In this document: positions 27,129 through 40,575 of the stretch, in pieces
Layout of the letters: each line of letters opens with the position of its first letter
Numbering within the stretch: position 1 is the stretch's first letter
Assembly (NCBI GenBank): GCA_964016885.1
Contig: OZ024742.1
Location: forward strand, 129,704,001-129,768,000
Reading direction: 5' to 3'
DNA from: Eledone cirrhosa
Taxonomy: Eukaryota
Length of the DNA stretch: 64,000 nucleotides
Notes under the pieces: generated by a model
Databases searched by the model: none
What the model was told of the DNA's origin: nothing
The model's input: only the letters and a program-made list of their open reading frames with translations
Program-made: the position numbers and the translations under genes

Positions 27129-29155
27129 AATGGCATCCAATTAAAAATTGAAGTATTTACTGTAATATTACAAATTTTCACAATAATCTGTCCATTGGTA
27201 ATGATATTATAAACAATTGAATTAACAAACCAGTTTTTAGATTTTTTTTCTGCTAAAAAGTTAAGGTTGATTAACCATGCACATACAACATTATTTGTTG
27301 CATTTTCTGCAGGATGTTAATAGTTAAATATTGCAGTCAATTTGGTACATATAAAGTTTTGTGTGTCTGGAGGATGAGAGAGTACAGAAAAAAAAAGTAA
27401 GATTTTAGGATTTTCAGTGAAGATAGAAGACAATTAAGAAACTTCAACAGGAAAATCTCTAAGAGCAAACAAGTTGCTACTAACTTTGAATATAGAAACC
27501 CAGGACTAGCACCTGTGTATTTAGCACTTTCAGCTAGCCCTACAATGTGTCCCTTTGTCCAATAAAATAATTTCAATTTACTGTTTGGCAAGCTATCAAA
27601 CATATTTTTATACTTCTTGTTCTGACCATGCTTAAGAAAATTACCAAGTCCACATTTTTTACTACACAGTCCACACTCACATGCCAAATTATGACAGGTG
27701 ATGGTAACACCACAAGACCTTCACTGCTTTGTATATTTTTACAATGCTGCTACACAGCAAAGCTTTATTTATTGATCGCACTGGTACTGTAGAAACGTGT
27801 TCTAACCAAAAATGTCATGCTTTAACCATTTTGATACCAATCCACCCCTGGCTCTATGATACAAAACTGTTTTAAGGTGTTTATATTTGTCTAAAAACCT
27901 TCCTTATAATTTTATGTAAGAACTTGTTGAGTTGTGTTCTAAACACCAGCTTAATCCCTCCAAATTCTTGATTATTTTCAAAATTATTTGAAAATCATAG
28001 GCAGTGTATTTTGTAAGACAATTTGACATTGTGGTAAAGTCGAAAACACATTATACTTTGGACATGATACTATTTCACGCTGCTCCAGTCTGCTCAGCTG
28101 GCAAAAATTGTTTTGAATGGTCAGTTTTTTCACACACTGTCACGCTCAAACTCACAGAAAACTACGGGTCTGTGGAAATATCATTGCTTTTTTGCACATT
28201 AATTTCACGAGCAGACTCTTCAGCCATTCGAACAACCGAAACACACGCTGTAGGGAACACTACGCCAAAAGTTAAGCAGATTATGAATTAAAGATGCTAA
28301 CAATATTTTGGTAATAATATAATAGTATATAGGAAGCTGGTTTGGTGGAGTCATTTGAGCATCGGACAACATGCTTTTCGGCATAGTTACAGCCCTTTAC
28401 GTTCTGTGTTCAAATTCCGTCGAGGTTAGCTTTGCATTTCATCCTTAGAGGTCAATAAAATAATGTACCAGTAACGCACTGAGGTCTTTAATCGACACTT
28501 CCCCTTCCCTTCAAAATGTCTGGCCTTGTGCCAAAAGTAGAAATAATATTATAACAATATATATATATATAAAGAGAGGTGGTGGATTACTGGTAGTGCT
28601 GCAGACAAAATGCCATGCGGTATTAAATTACATTCCTCTGCAATCTGAGCGGAAATCCCGCCGAGGTCGGCTTTGCCTTTTAGCATTGAAGTACTAGGGG
28701 TCGATATAATCGACTCACTATACCCCCTCCCCTACAATGCGCCTCTGTGCCTATGTTTTCTTTTAAAAAAGAAATCAATATTACTAAAGTATAGAATGAA
28801 TAGAGAAAATAAAATAGACGAGGAGCAGAAAAAGAGGAGAGAAAGGGGAGGAGATAGAGATAAAGTGTATGAAGAAATGTAAACATAGAGAGAAAATATA
28901 GAGAAGCATATTAGCAAAGAATAAAACGGGGAAAATTACGGAAGATTAGAAACAAGATGAAAGGCGACTTGGAAACGGAAAAGAAACGAAATGGAAATTA
29001 TAGTAGAAGGTAATTATAAAAAAAAAAAAATCGTGAAATAAAGAGACAGGCGGATAAGAGAGATAAACAACTACGACGAAATGATTTCCCCAAAAGAAAC
29101 TTTATATATATATATATAGATATGTATATATTTATTTTTATATTTATTTATTTAG

Positions 29156-29187
<32 letters not shown>

Positions 29188-32100
29188 TCATACATAAACA
29201 CTGATCAAAATAACTTAAATGATATATATATATATATGTGTTTCTCCCTGAATATATATATCAGCTTCCCGATGATTTCTCACGAATGAAACAGTTCTAG
29301 TCCTGGAGAAGCTCTTCTATATTAAAACTTTTATACTCTGCTATGTATTGAGTACTTTACTTCCTGTGGTTACCTCCGATTCAACCCGATATATATATAA
29401 AGATTGAGAGAGTGAAGCAAGCGAGATGAAAGGCTTTAAAAAGAAAAACAATATACATGTGCAGAGGAAGTTTCTTAGTATAAGCAAATCTTAAAATGCT
29501 GAGTGTCAGTCAAAATAAGATCGACATTGCAAACACAAGCAGAAAGTCTTGTTCATTTTAGATATACATTATGATAGAGGAATTTTTAGTCGTAGAGTAG
29601 AGTGACAAAACAGCCTCATTTATTGTATTTTGTTCTTGTTTTCTCTGACAAGAAATACACAAGTTAATAATAATAATAATGTTATAAGATAACAAAAATA
29701 CACACCATATCGAATATGAGGAGCAAAAGAAGATAAATTTCTAACTAACATCGACGTTTCTTCTAAAACACTACGTTTTTGTTTTCTACCATTTTATAAT
29801 TGTATACTTATTTTATTTTCCTGAAATCAACTTTTTTTTATTCCATGTTATGAAATAAAATTCCAAATAAATCAATTCACAGTTGTATAAATAACATTAC
29901 AAATATTGATGGAAATATGAAAGAAAAAGAAATGATAAAAACAAAAGGAAGCAACGAAGAGAGGGTGGAGGGATAAAGAAGGGCAGATCTGACTGTATAG
30001 GTAAATAGGAGAAAGGGTTCCAACATAGATATTAAAATTAATCATCATTATTCCTCCTAATCTACTGAACAGAAACCGAACAAGGGTTACAGGGCCGAGT
30101 TTTTAGGTGATTTGCAAAATAATCTAGTTCAGCAGCTTTATGTTCCACTTTCAACCGTTATCCGCAAGTGGTAGTGGGTTGAAATATATAATAGCAATAT
30201 ACGTTCGTCAATTATAAACATCAAACACTTGTGAAAGAAAGAAAAAAAAAATGAATGTGTATATATATTTTAAATCTATATATATATATATATATATACT
30301 ATATAAGATGTAACAAAATAGATGTAGTATATTTATGCGCGTGTGTGTGTGTGTGGCAATGGCTATGTGGTTAAGAAGTTCGCTTTGCAAGCATGTGGTT
30401 CTGGGTTCATTCCCGCTGCACGGCACTTCGGGCAAATGTCTACTATAGCATTGGATTGACCAATACTTTTTTTTCGTGGAATTAAGTAGACGGAAAATAC
30501 AGTGTGCTTGAATGAGAGTATATTTATTTCCTGTAACTTTGCGGTTCGACAAGAAAAGATCAATAAAATAAGTCACAGACTTGAAAAAAAGTACTGGAAT
30601 CAATATGATGGACTAAATCAAGGCGGTGCCCCTGCATGACCGCAATCTAAACCCAGTAAAAGAATAAAAGAATATATAAGCACTAATTCCTTCTCACTGC
30701 GCAAAGTGGTACCAGAGGATGTTGCTTGTCATGAGTCAAATAGTATTCTTACTCACAGACTTTCATCTTCCCACTTCCAAAATGGTCAGCAGTAATTAAA
30801 AACAATAAAATTTGAGTGAGAAATCTTTTTTCTTAATGCTAAATTATCATTTTCGAAAAATTATATTTATGAACATAGTTCCGGACAGAAGAAATATTAG
30901 GAATCTGGGTGGAGATAGACTAGAGTTATTTTAAACGATGTTACTCTTGTAAACCGATTTCTGCCCCCACCCCTTTTTTTCAGGTTCTTTTTGCTTATAT
31001 AAATAAAATGTTTTCATGATTAATTTTATTGGACGCAAGCATTATATATTTCTTCTAGAACAAGTATGGAATTATGAGCGAAGTTGGATATATATAAATA
31101 TATATAATTATTTTTTTAAATTCGAAACAAGAGTTAAAGATATAGCTTTATAGAAATGAATTTTACAGAAGTAAAACTGTTTGATTCTTCATTTCTATAT
31201 AAAATAAAGATGCTTATACTATATGAACGTATTGAATACTTAAACTGTGGTCACTTCCCAACCACCTTCGGGAATCCACCCTTTGTGGACGTTCAGCAAC
31301 TTTCTCATTAATTCTCGTGAGTATTTTTGTATATCCAGCGATATATGGTATGTTTACGAATATATATATAGAGAGTCTATGGAAGGCTAACAGTTACCCA
31401 TAAATGCAGGTCTATCCTTCCCAAGCCACCGATATTGTTTAAGAGATATGCAGGACCGATGAAGCTTGACACCAGTGTCATCGCAAACATACACACACAC
31501 ATATATATATATACACACACACAACGAAACAGTTCTAGTCCTGTAGAAGTCATTTCTATATAAAACAAAGATGTATATACTCTACCAATGTCTTGAGTAC
31601 TATTCTAACTGTGGTCGCCTCCCGATACACATCGGGAATCCCCCATAATTGTATACATTTAATCGTTTAACGTCCGCTTTCCATGTCTGCACACACACTT
31701 TATATATATCATACATCGGCTTATTTTGTTATCTCCCTACATCTATTTACCTCAGCATCTGTGTCTCCGCCTGTCGTCCCAGTTAACTAAGCCCTCGGCT
31801 CACATATCAGAAAAAAATATATCTACGATTTCTCCAAATGATGAATTATTTCGTTTAATAAAATATTTGTCTAAAATGTCGAGTTTTTCTCCCCCACCTT
31901 TTTTTAGGAGGTGAGGGCCTAATTCTGTGCGAAATAAATATATATAAATCTGTTATTTTTCTCAAAGTTAACAGAGAATACAACTGAAAGCAGACACAAT
32001 TACAAATAAAGAAGGCGAGACAGGGAAGAGAATTAGATATATGGTGTTGGAGGTGGACATAACGATGGAGAGAATAATAAATAAACAACTGATCATGGGT

Positions 32101-32235
32101 GAAATAGTTCGATTGGTGTAGGGCAATAGATTAATATATAGATAAATGAAAGTATGGATAGATCGATGGATAGATATAACAACTTATACAGGAATATATT
32201 GAAATGGTTTAGATTTAAAATTTATAATTACTTAC

Positions 32236-32831
32236 TTTCTCTTGCGTTTCGATCTTTCCACTTTATCAAGGGCTTTCTCAACACATTCAGTTAGTTCCGT
32301 CCAGTCAGCATGTAGTCCACAAGCCCATCCAGTGGAAAAACGGCTAAACAACCAGTTCTTGTCAGAATGTGTTAAACAGTGACATCGCTTCCTTTTGGGG
32401 GCACACTCACAAGGTCTATCAACAACCAAATTCCTAACGAGGTGCCGACCGAAACTAGAACCACCAGTCTTTTGAATGTGCAGAAACACAATAACATCTT
32501 CCTTTTCCATATCCAACTGGAAATTTCTTCGAAGATCTGAGATGGAGAAGTTGTAAGTGTCCAACGGTAAGTGAATAATGTCACTACTCATATTAACATT
32601 ACTCACGGTGTTGTTGATAATGCGGTGAAGTAAGGCGACAGGAGGGGAATTATGTTGTAATATAAGAGTCTGGGCGCCGAAAAAACGACTCGGTGTGAAA
32701 TTGGACGGTCCTAAATAACCAAAAACGATAATGCCAAATAACACCATACATACTGTAAAGACGAATAATTTCCTGCACTTAATCGGTTGACTTGGAATAA
32801 AATTCATGTAGTTCAGATGCCGCAATGGCAT
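32236..32831 (-). CDS. HS6ST: Heparan-sulfate 6-O-sulfotransferase, first coding exon, copy 1
   Basis: ATG at 32831 (MPLRHLN); type II TM segment; DVIVFLHIQKTGGSSFGRHLVRN (5'-PSB); C-x-C...C-x-C; WLFSRFSTGWACGLHADWTELTECV. Ends AGA AA|GTAAGT, a phase-2 donor just before the expected FYYITxLR segment. Confidence 0.93.
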
Positions 32832-33514
32832 TTTACTTATGCTTCCGAGTCCTTTGCCTTCTCTATTTGTCACAATCTCTCTCCCTTTCTCTTATACACA
32901 CATACGTGATCTTTTCCTCTCAATCTCTCCTCTAGAAGTCCGAGGAAGAGATGAGAAAATATAATATACATACACACAACGCACTCATACACCAAATGAA
33001 ACTCGTTCTGAAGTCTTTCGAGGTATTCGTTTTCAAAAGAACCGTGAAAAATAATAAGATCGCAAGTACTTAAGGAACTTTTAAATAGGCGTAAGTTAGA
33101 AAAACAATAACCTGATATACTGAAAACATGAAGCACTGGGGAATATTAGAGACAACGATATTTCAACAGTGGTCCTCCAGCAGTTGCGATTTTATCTTCC
33201 AGTGTTAGTAATATGATGATGGTGGAGATGATACATAGAAGTGTTCTTCTGCCTCATCCTCTCCTTCTTTATTATTCTCTTTTCATCTCAGTAAGCTGAA
33301 ATCCACATTCTTTCCGTGTGTTCGTTTGCCGAGGCAAAATGTCCATATCTCGTCAGATTAAATCGGTTGTTTGTTCAGCGACCTTCTGCTGCGAGACACT
33401 TTAAGAATAAGAAGTACTCAGGCTGTGGAAGAAATATGAGTATTTCGTCATCAGTTTCTGGGTACATAAGTACGCTATACTTCACACGCGAGAGAGAAAC
33501 ATTGACGCTTTCAT

Positions 33515-33770
33515 TCATTCGTATTGGCTGTGTGTATATACTCCCACTCGCCTCACGCTCTCTCATTCCCTCCTTTGTCTTTCTCTCTTTCTCTATTTAC
33601 ATCCACTTTCGTTCTTCTTGTTTCTCTCAACTCAGTTACTTCCTCTCATCACCATCATTCACAGAATTATTTTTTACGATTGATTGGCTGGTTAATGCTG
33701 TTTTGCTTTTATCGTTAGTCACTACTCCGGGTCCCAAATAATAGGGAGTGGGGAATAAGCGGTGGGTTGG
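33515..33770 (-). promoter_or_regulatory. Putative promoter of HS6ST exon copy 1 (CCAAT boxes)
   Basis: AGCCAATCA on the - strand at 33681-33689 and a second CAGCCAAT at about 33523-33530; G-rich box near 33745-33770; conserved in copy 2. The TSS is not determined. Confidence 0.4.
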
Positions 33771-35094
33771 AAAATCGATAATTTTTCTGGGTTGTCTCCC
33801 TTGATTTTTTAAAAACCAGAATTAGATGTTTAGCTTACATATTGAAACTCCAACCCATCCTATTTATTTTATAACGTATAGCATTTCTTGTAATGTTCTT
33901 TTTTGTCATATATCTTTTAGAAAACCAATTTACGCAGGCATGCTACCACTTAAAATAAAATTTTGCTGGAGATAGATTAGCAAAATTTAATAAGTGGTGG
34001 CGGTGAATAAAAACGGGGGAATCTGAAAAATTAATTAGCGGGGACGTCGATTATTCGAGACCCAAGAGTACATACATGCATACACATGTACACATATACA
34101 TACACGCGCCCGTATGCACATACACACACATTAAAGCAGAGATTTGGTTCAGTACAAATAATTATTAAGTACATTTTTTTTCATTTTTTATACAAATATT
34201 TATAAATTTATCTGTATGCGTGTGTTATCATCATCATTTCATTTTACGTCCGCTTTTTCCCTGCTTGCAAGGGTATGTATATATTTCTATATAAGTGACC
34301 CAACAACGTAATAGTGGCAGTGTGTCAGCTGAGTTACCCACAGCGGTGGCAGGGCCAGATTTAATGGCACCAAAGGAAGCAATTGCCCCACCACTGACAG
34401 CCATAGCAATTTATTTGTACCCTCTGCTGGGCTTTTTATCCTTTTGTCAACAACTATATTTAAAAACAAAAAAGTATTTAATGGCCTTACTGTGGAAATT
34501 CATCAAATTTTCTCAACTTTAGAAACATCAGATTATCAGAGCAATATTCAAAACAAAAAGTACTTGATGGTCGCATCAAAATTTTTCTACATAAGTGACA
34601 TCAGATGTGGCATTGTGCATGTGTCTGTACATGCATTTGTGTACGTGTCTGTTTTCCCGAGTGTTAGCAGACAATTTGCCAAAGATAATGGACAAATTCG
34701 GATTTCTATATTTCTCTTTCTCTCTTTTCTACCACAGTCAATTATATGCTGGTATCACAAAAACAATGCACCGAGTAAACACTCTAAATAGGTTATGTTA
34801 AGAAGGGCATGCAGCCATAGAAACTATGCCAAATATGTAATGTATGAGCAAGACGAAGTCGCTCCGATATGTCTAGTCTTGGACTTTGACAATCTATTTA
34901 ATACAAGCCAGTGTGGAAAGTGGATGTAAAATGAGGCTGGTTAGATTTTTTTGAATTTAATACCTGTATCTCTAACTTTACAATTCCAATTACTTGCACC
35001 AAGCCAACTTTGATATGTAAAATTAGGAGTTTGCCATGTATTCTAATTTTTTTGTGTATCAACCCCCCAATGTCTAAATCCACCTTGAGTTTTA

Positions 35095-35745
35095 GTGGCA
35101 GTGTGTCATCTGAGTTACCCACAGTGGGGGGAAGGTCTGTATCTCAGCTGAGTTACCCACAGTGATGATGATGGTGGTGGCAGTGCGTCATCTGAGTTAC
35201 CCACAGTGGGGGGAAGGTCTGTATCTCAGCTGAGTTACCCACAGTGATGATGATGGTGGTGGCAGTGTGTCATCTGAGTTACCCACAGTGGGGGGAAGGT
35301 CTGTATCTCAGCTGAGTTACCCACAGTGATGATGATGGTGGTGGCAGTGCGTCATCTGAGTTACCCACAGTGGTGGTGGTGATGGCAGCGGTGCTGGTGG
35401 CAGTGTATCATCTGAGTTACCCACAGTGGTGGTGGTGGAAGTGTGTCATCTGACTTACCCACAGTGGGGTGGGGGGAGGTGGGGGCTGTATCTCAGCTGA
35501 GTTACCCACAGTGATGGTGGTGGTGGCAGTGCATCATCTGAGTTACCCACAGTGGGGGGGGGAGTCTGTATCTCAGCTGAGCTATCCAGTGGTGGTGGTG
35601 GTGGTAGTGGCAGTGTGTCATCTGAGTTACCCACAGTGAGGAGGAGGTCTGTATCTCAGCTGAGTTACCCACAGTGATGGTGGTGGTGGCAGTGCATCAT
35701 CTGAGTTACCCAAAGTGGAGGGAGGGGGCAGTGTGTCAGCTGTGA
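35095..35745. repeat. G-rich minisatellite with core CTGAGTTACCCACAGTG and an 82-bp dimeric higher-order unit
   Basis: About 15 cores; period 82 bp at 35099, 35181, 35263 and 35345; a single related unit at about 34315-34345. Confidence 0.92.
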
Positions 35746-36344
35746 GACCCATCGTGGGTGGGTGGGAGTGTCAATCTGTCTGTGGGATAAAATGAGCATA
35801 TGGAGGACTGCCTCCACCTACCAGTATACTCCCGACACCCTCCTACTTTTCTCCACCCTAAACCAGAATAAGCAGAGAAATGGTACAACATTCAGATTCA
35901 ATATGACAGTATATTCTCCTACCCACTTTCCTCCCCAGAGAATACTGGCAGTTCATGCTGTAAAGTGGTTGATGTTATGAAGGGAATCCAGCCATAGAAT
36001 CCCAAAAAATAAAAATTAAAACAGAGCATGCAAGCAGGATGTAATCACCTGACCTGTCTAACTTCTTGCATGTATGGAAAATAGGAAAATAAACTTTTAA
36101 CGGTGGGCACTTGGCTTAGTGATTAGAGAGTTGGATTCTCAATTGTGCGGTTGCGAGTTCAATTCTCGGACCGGGCAATGTGTTATGTCCTTGAACAAGA
36201 CATTATATTTCACATTGCTCTTTCTGCCAAGAGTTGCAACCAGCAGATAGTATCAGCAATGAAAACTTTGTTTCTTGTCCGATTGGACAAGTTCCACCCC
36301 ACACAGTAAGTGAATGAGGTCTGGGGTCTTGTTGATTGTTAAAA

Positions 36345-36560
36345 AAGCAAAAGTGTTGTGCCCACAATGTAATGTGGTCATGTAGGTGTCACAGCAAAAG
36401 TGCCGTGCCCACACTGTAAAGTGGTCATGTAGGTGTCACAGCAAAAGTGCCGTGCCCACACTGTAAAGTGGTCATGTAGGTGTCACAGCAAAAGTGCCGT
36501 GCCCACACTGTAAAGTGGTCATGTAGGTGTCATGGCAAAAAGTACCCAGTACTCACTGTA
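36345..36560. repeat. 47-bp tandem repeat
   Basis: TGTAGGTGTCACAGCAAAAGTGCCGTGCCCACACTGTAAAGTGGTCA x about 4. Confidence 0.9.
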
Positions 36561-36964
36561 AATGAGGTTGGTGCTAAGGGTATCCAGGTGTAGAACCCAA
36601 GCCAAAATCGGTTCTCTGTGAGCAATGCTAGGTCAACTGACCTAGCATTGTACACAACAGGATAACTCATCTAACCCATGCCAGCATGAAGAAATGGACA
36701 TTAAACGGTGATGATGATGATATATATATATATATATTTTTTTAAAGCCGGTACAATGCGGTAGAAAATACAAAGGGCAAATGATGACAAATGAAACAAA
36801 ACAAAACAAAATGTTTTATTCAATGTATTTTAGCAAGATATTTCAGGGTTATTACCCTCTTTTCAGATGTGAAGCTGAAACAGTCCAAGACAAAACAAAA
36901 AACAATCAGTTTTCAAAGTTTTCTTCCCTAAACTATCTATATGTTTGAAAAACACATGCATGGT

Positions 36965-37507
36965 CTAGGTCTCCTCTCATTTGTGTGGAAGAAAGGACAA
37001 AATTCAGATCCTAATTTTATATAAATGATATTCTGGAACTTATGCCTGTTTCTGCAACTAATCATTGTGGACCTTCCAACAGGATGGAGCCACCTCCCAT
37101 AAAACAAATGTCACACAAGCATGGTAAAGAGACCATCTTCTGAGGTTTTGGTCAAAAGAAATGTGGCTTCCCTGTTCACTTGATTTGAACCCTATGGACT
37201 TTTCAGTATGGTCTATCCTTGAAGAAAAAGCCTGTTTAAAAGTCCATAAGACAGTCAATGATTTAAAGACATCTTTACTGAGTGTTTGGAAAGAAATTCC
37301 CCAAGAAGTGTTGCGTGCTTCAGTGAAAGATGTTCGACGGAGGTTAGAAGATGTTATTGCTGCACGAGGGGGTCATTTTGAATAAATCCTATACATAATA
37401 TTCTGAAGATATTTAAGTATTATTACATATATGTTCCCAGTCAATAAAGTTATTAGTTCTGTTATTAAAAGCATTTTTATTTACTTCCAAACGTATGCCC
37501 CACCCAG
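36965..37507 (+). mobile_element. maT/DD37D (Tc1/mariner superfamily) transposon, 3' half with right TIR
   Basis: QQDGATSH...WLPCSLDLNPMD with 37 residues between the 2nd and 3rd Asp (one in-frame stop); GGHFE* end; TIR CTTCCAAACGTATGCCCCACCCAG followed by TA. Confidence 0.88.
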
Positions 37508-39052
37508 TACATCACAGTTGTGGAACTTCCTTACCTATTATTATACAACCATGACTTCATAACTCTTCTCGCTCCCTAAACATGCTATGAGACAAAACAT
37601 TCTTCTTCTCTAACCTCCCCATAGGACATAGAAGGCTCTTCAATTGAATCCATGACTAACAAACTTTTGATTGCTGGAACCAGGGTAAAATGTACCACGT
37701 GCACTCTGAAAAGTGGCTGGTGTTAGGAAGAGTATTCTGCTGTTAAAACCCCACCAAAAGGTTTGAGAGGACTCTTCTGTTACATCATGAATACAACAAT
37801 CTCTCTAGTACTGGTGCCACAGAAAATGCACCTGTAAAGTGGTTGGCATTAAAAAGGGCATCCGGCTGTAGAAAACTTGCCAAACAAAACGTTGAGAGGC
37901 CCCCTTCAGTTGTGTCAGGGGCATGAAAACCTTACTAGTACTGGTGCCATGATAACATGCACCCATTACACTTGGTAAAATTGATGGTGATAAGAAAGGC
38001 ATCCAGTTATAGAAAACTTGCCAAATTATGGTTGGAAGGACTCTTCAGTTGTGCCATAGATATGACAATGTGCTTAGTGTTTGAGATCATGATTAATGCA
38101 CTCAGTACACTCTAAACACACACAATGCACATCTTTAATTGTGTTAAGGGCACAACATTCTCTCTAGGGTGGGTGATACAATAAAACACACTGAATACAC
38201 TGTGTAAGGCCGTTGGTGATAGGAAGAGTATCCAGCAGTAGAAAACTTGCCAAACAAAGGGCAGAGAGGACTCTTCAGCTGTGTCAAAAATATGACAAAC
38301 TCTCTAGTGCTGGTGCCAAATACATGGTGTACTCTGTAAAGCACATGGAAAATATGTGAGTTGAAGCCCCTAGCCTATCAGTGAGATCATTGGCTTCGAT
38401 TAAGTAGTGACTTAGTCTATGATGACCTAGCCAACCCTTGATAGCAGAGAAAGTGGATGTTAAATGATGATGATAATATATAAAACATAGATCAGCTTAT
38501 TACATTATGTCTCTACATCTATTTACCTCATCTATGTCTATCCACATGTCGTCCCAATTAACTAAGCTGTGAAATCACATCAGATGAAGGAGGCTATTTT
38601 CTACATAAAAAAGCCAAAAATCATTTACAACTATTTCTTCAAATGAAGAATTACTTTGTTTAATAAAATATTTGTCTAAAAGGCCGAGTTTTTTTTACTA
38701 AATCTGCACGAATTAAATAAATATTAAAATACGAATGAATCAGTTATTTTTCTCAAAGTTAGCAGAGAATAGAGCTGAAAGCAGACTCCATCCTCACCCT
38801 AACCAGATAGTTACAATTACAAATAAAGAAGGCGAGACAGGGAAGAGAATTAGATATATGGTGTTGGAGGTGGACATAACGATGGAGAGAATAATAAATA
38901 AACAACTGATCATGAGTGAAATAGTTTGATTGGTGTAGGGCAATAGATTAATATATAGATAAATGAAAGTATGGATAGATCGATGGATAGATATAACAAC
39001 TTATACAGGAATATATTGAAATGGTTTAGATTTAAAATTTATAATTACTTAC

Positions 39053-39657
39053 TTTCTCTTGCGTTTCGATCTTTCCACTTTATCAAGGGTTTTCTCAACA
39101 CATTCAGTTAGTTCCGTCCAGTCAGCATGTAGTCCACAAGCCCATCCAGTGGAAAAACGGCTAAACAACCAGTTCTTGTCAGAATGTGTTAAACAGTGAC
39201 ATCGCTTCCTTTTGGGGGCACACTCACAAGGTCTATCAACAACCAAATTCCTAACGAGGTGCCGACCAAAGGTAGAACCACCAGTCTTTTGAATGTGCAG
39301 AAACACAATAACATCTTCCTTTTCCATATCCAACTGGAAATTTCTTCGAAGATCTGAGATGGACAAGTTGTAAGTGTCCAACGGTAAGTGAATAATGTCA
39401 CTACTCATATTAACATTACTCACGGTGTTGTTGATAATGTGGTGAAGTAAGGCGACAGGAGGGGAATTATGTTGTAATATAAGAGTCTGGGCGCCGAAAA
39501 AACGACTCGGTATGAAATTGGACGGTCCTAAGGGACTGAAATAACCTAAAACGATAATGCCAGATAACACCATACATACTGTAAAGACGAATAATTTCCT
39601 GCACTTAATCGGTTGACTTGGAATAAAATTCATGTCGTTCAGATGCCGCAATGGCAT
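39053..39657 (-). CDS. HS6ST: Heparan-sulfate 6-O-sulfotransferase, first coding exon, copy 2
   Basis: ATG at 39657; same motifs as copy 1 but with KTGGSTF and a 3-aa FSP insertion; identical phase-2 GTAAGT donor. Confidence 0.92.
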
Positions 39658-40344
39658 TTTACTTATGCTTCCGAGTCCTTTGCCTTCTCTATTTGTCACA
39701 ATCTCTCTCCCTTTCACTTATACACACATACGTGATCTTTTCCTCTCAATCTCTCCTCTAGAAGTCCGAGGAAGAGATGAGAAAATATAATATACATACA
39801 CACAACGCACTCATACACCAAATGAAACTCGTTCTGAAGTCTTTCGAGGTATTCGTTTTCAAAAGAACCGTGAAAAATAATAAGATCGCAAGTACTTAAG
39901 GAACTTTTAAATAGGCGTAAGTTAGAAAAACAATAACCTGATATACTGAAAACATGAAGCACTGGGGAATATTAGAGACAACGATATTTCAACAGTGGTC
40001 CTCCAGCAGTTGCGATTTTATCTTCCAGTGTTAGTAATATGATGATGGTGGAGATGATACATAGAAGTGTTCTTCTGCCTCATCCTCTCCTTCTTTATTA
40101 TTCTCTTTTCATCTCAGTAAGCTGAAATCCACATTCTTTCCGTGTGTTCGTTTGCCGAGGCAAAATGTCCATATCTCGTCAGATTAAATCGGTTGTTTGT
40201 TCAGCGACCTTCTGCTGCGAGACACTTTAAGAATAAGAAGTACTCAGGCTGCGGAAGAAATATGAGTATTTCGTCATCAGTTTCTGGGTACATAAGTACG
40301 CTATACTTCACACACGAGAGAGAAACATTGACGCTTTCATTCAT

Positions 40345-40575
40345 TCGTATTGGCTGTGTGTATATACTCCCACTCGCCTCACGCTCTCTCATTCCCTCCT
40401 TTGTCTTTCTCTATTTACATCCACTTTCGTTCTTCTTGTTTCTCTCAACTCAGTTACTTCCTCTCATCATCATCATTCACAGAATTATTTTTTACGATTG
40501 ATTGGCTGGTTAATGCTGTTTTGCTTTTATCGTTAGTCACTACTCCGGGTCCCAAATAATAGGGAGTGGGTTGGA
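40345..40575 (-). promoter_or_regulatory. Putative promoter of HS6ST exon copy 2
   Basis: Near-identical duplicate of 33515-33770; AGCCAATCA on the - strand at 40499-40507. Confidence 0.38.

Noticed and set aside
32232-32873. HS6ST ORFs as complete single-exon proteins ending ...KRKRK*
   Set aside because: The TAA is part of a GTAAGT splice donor at the expected intron position, and the listed GTG starts lie upstream of the first ATG.
32870-33741. ORFs upstream of each HS6ST exon (MLHVFSISGY..., MCSFAEAKC...)
   Set aside because: Non-ATG starts and no recognisable domain; they recur only because the DNA is duplicated, and the + strand ORF is frameshifted between copies.
35095-35745. CRISPR-like appearance of the repeated CTGAGTTACCCACAGTG core
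   Set aside because: The spacers are themselves repeated and low-complexity, the context is eukaryotic and there are no cas genes; it is a minisatellite.
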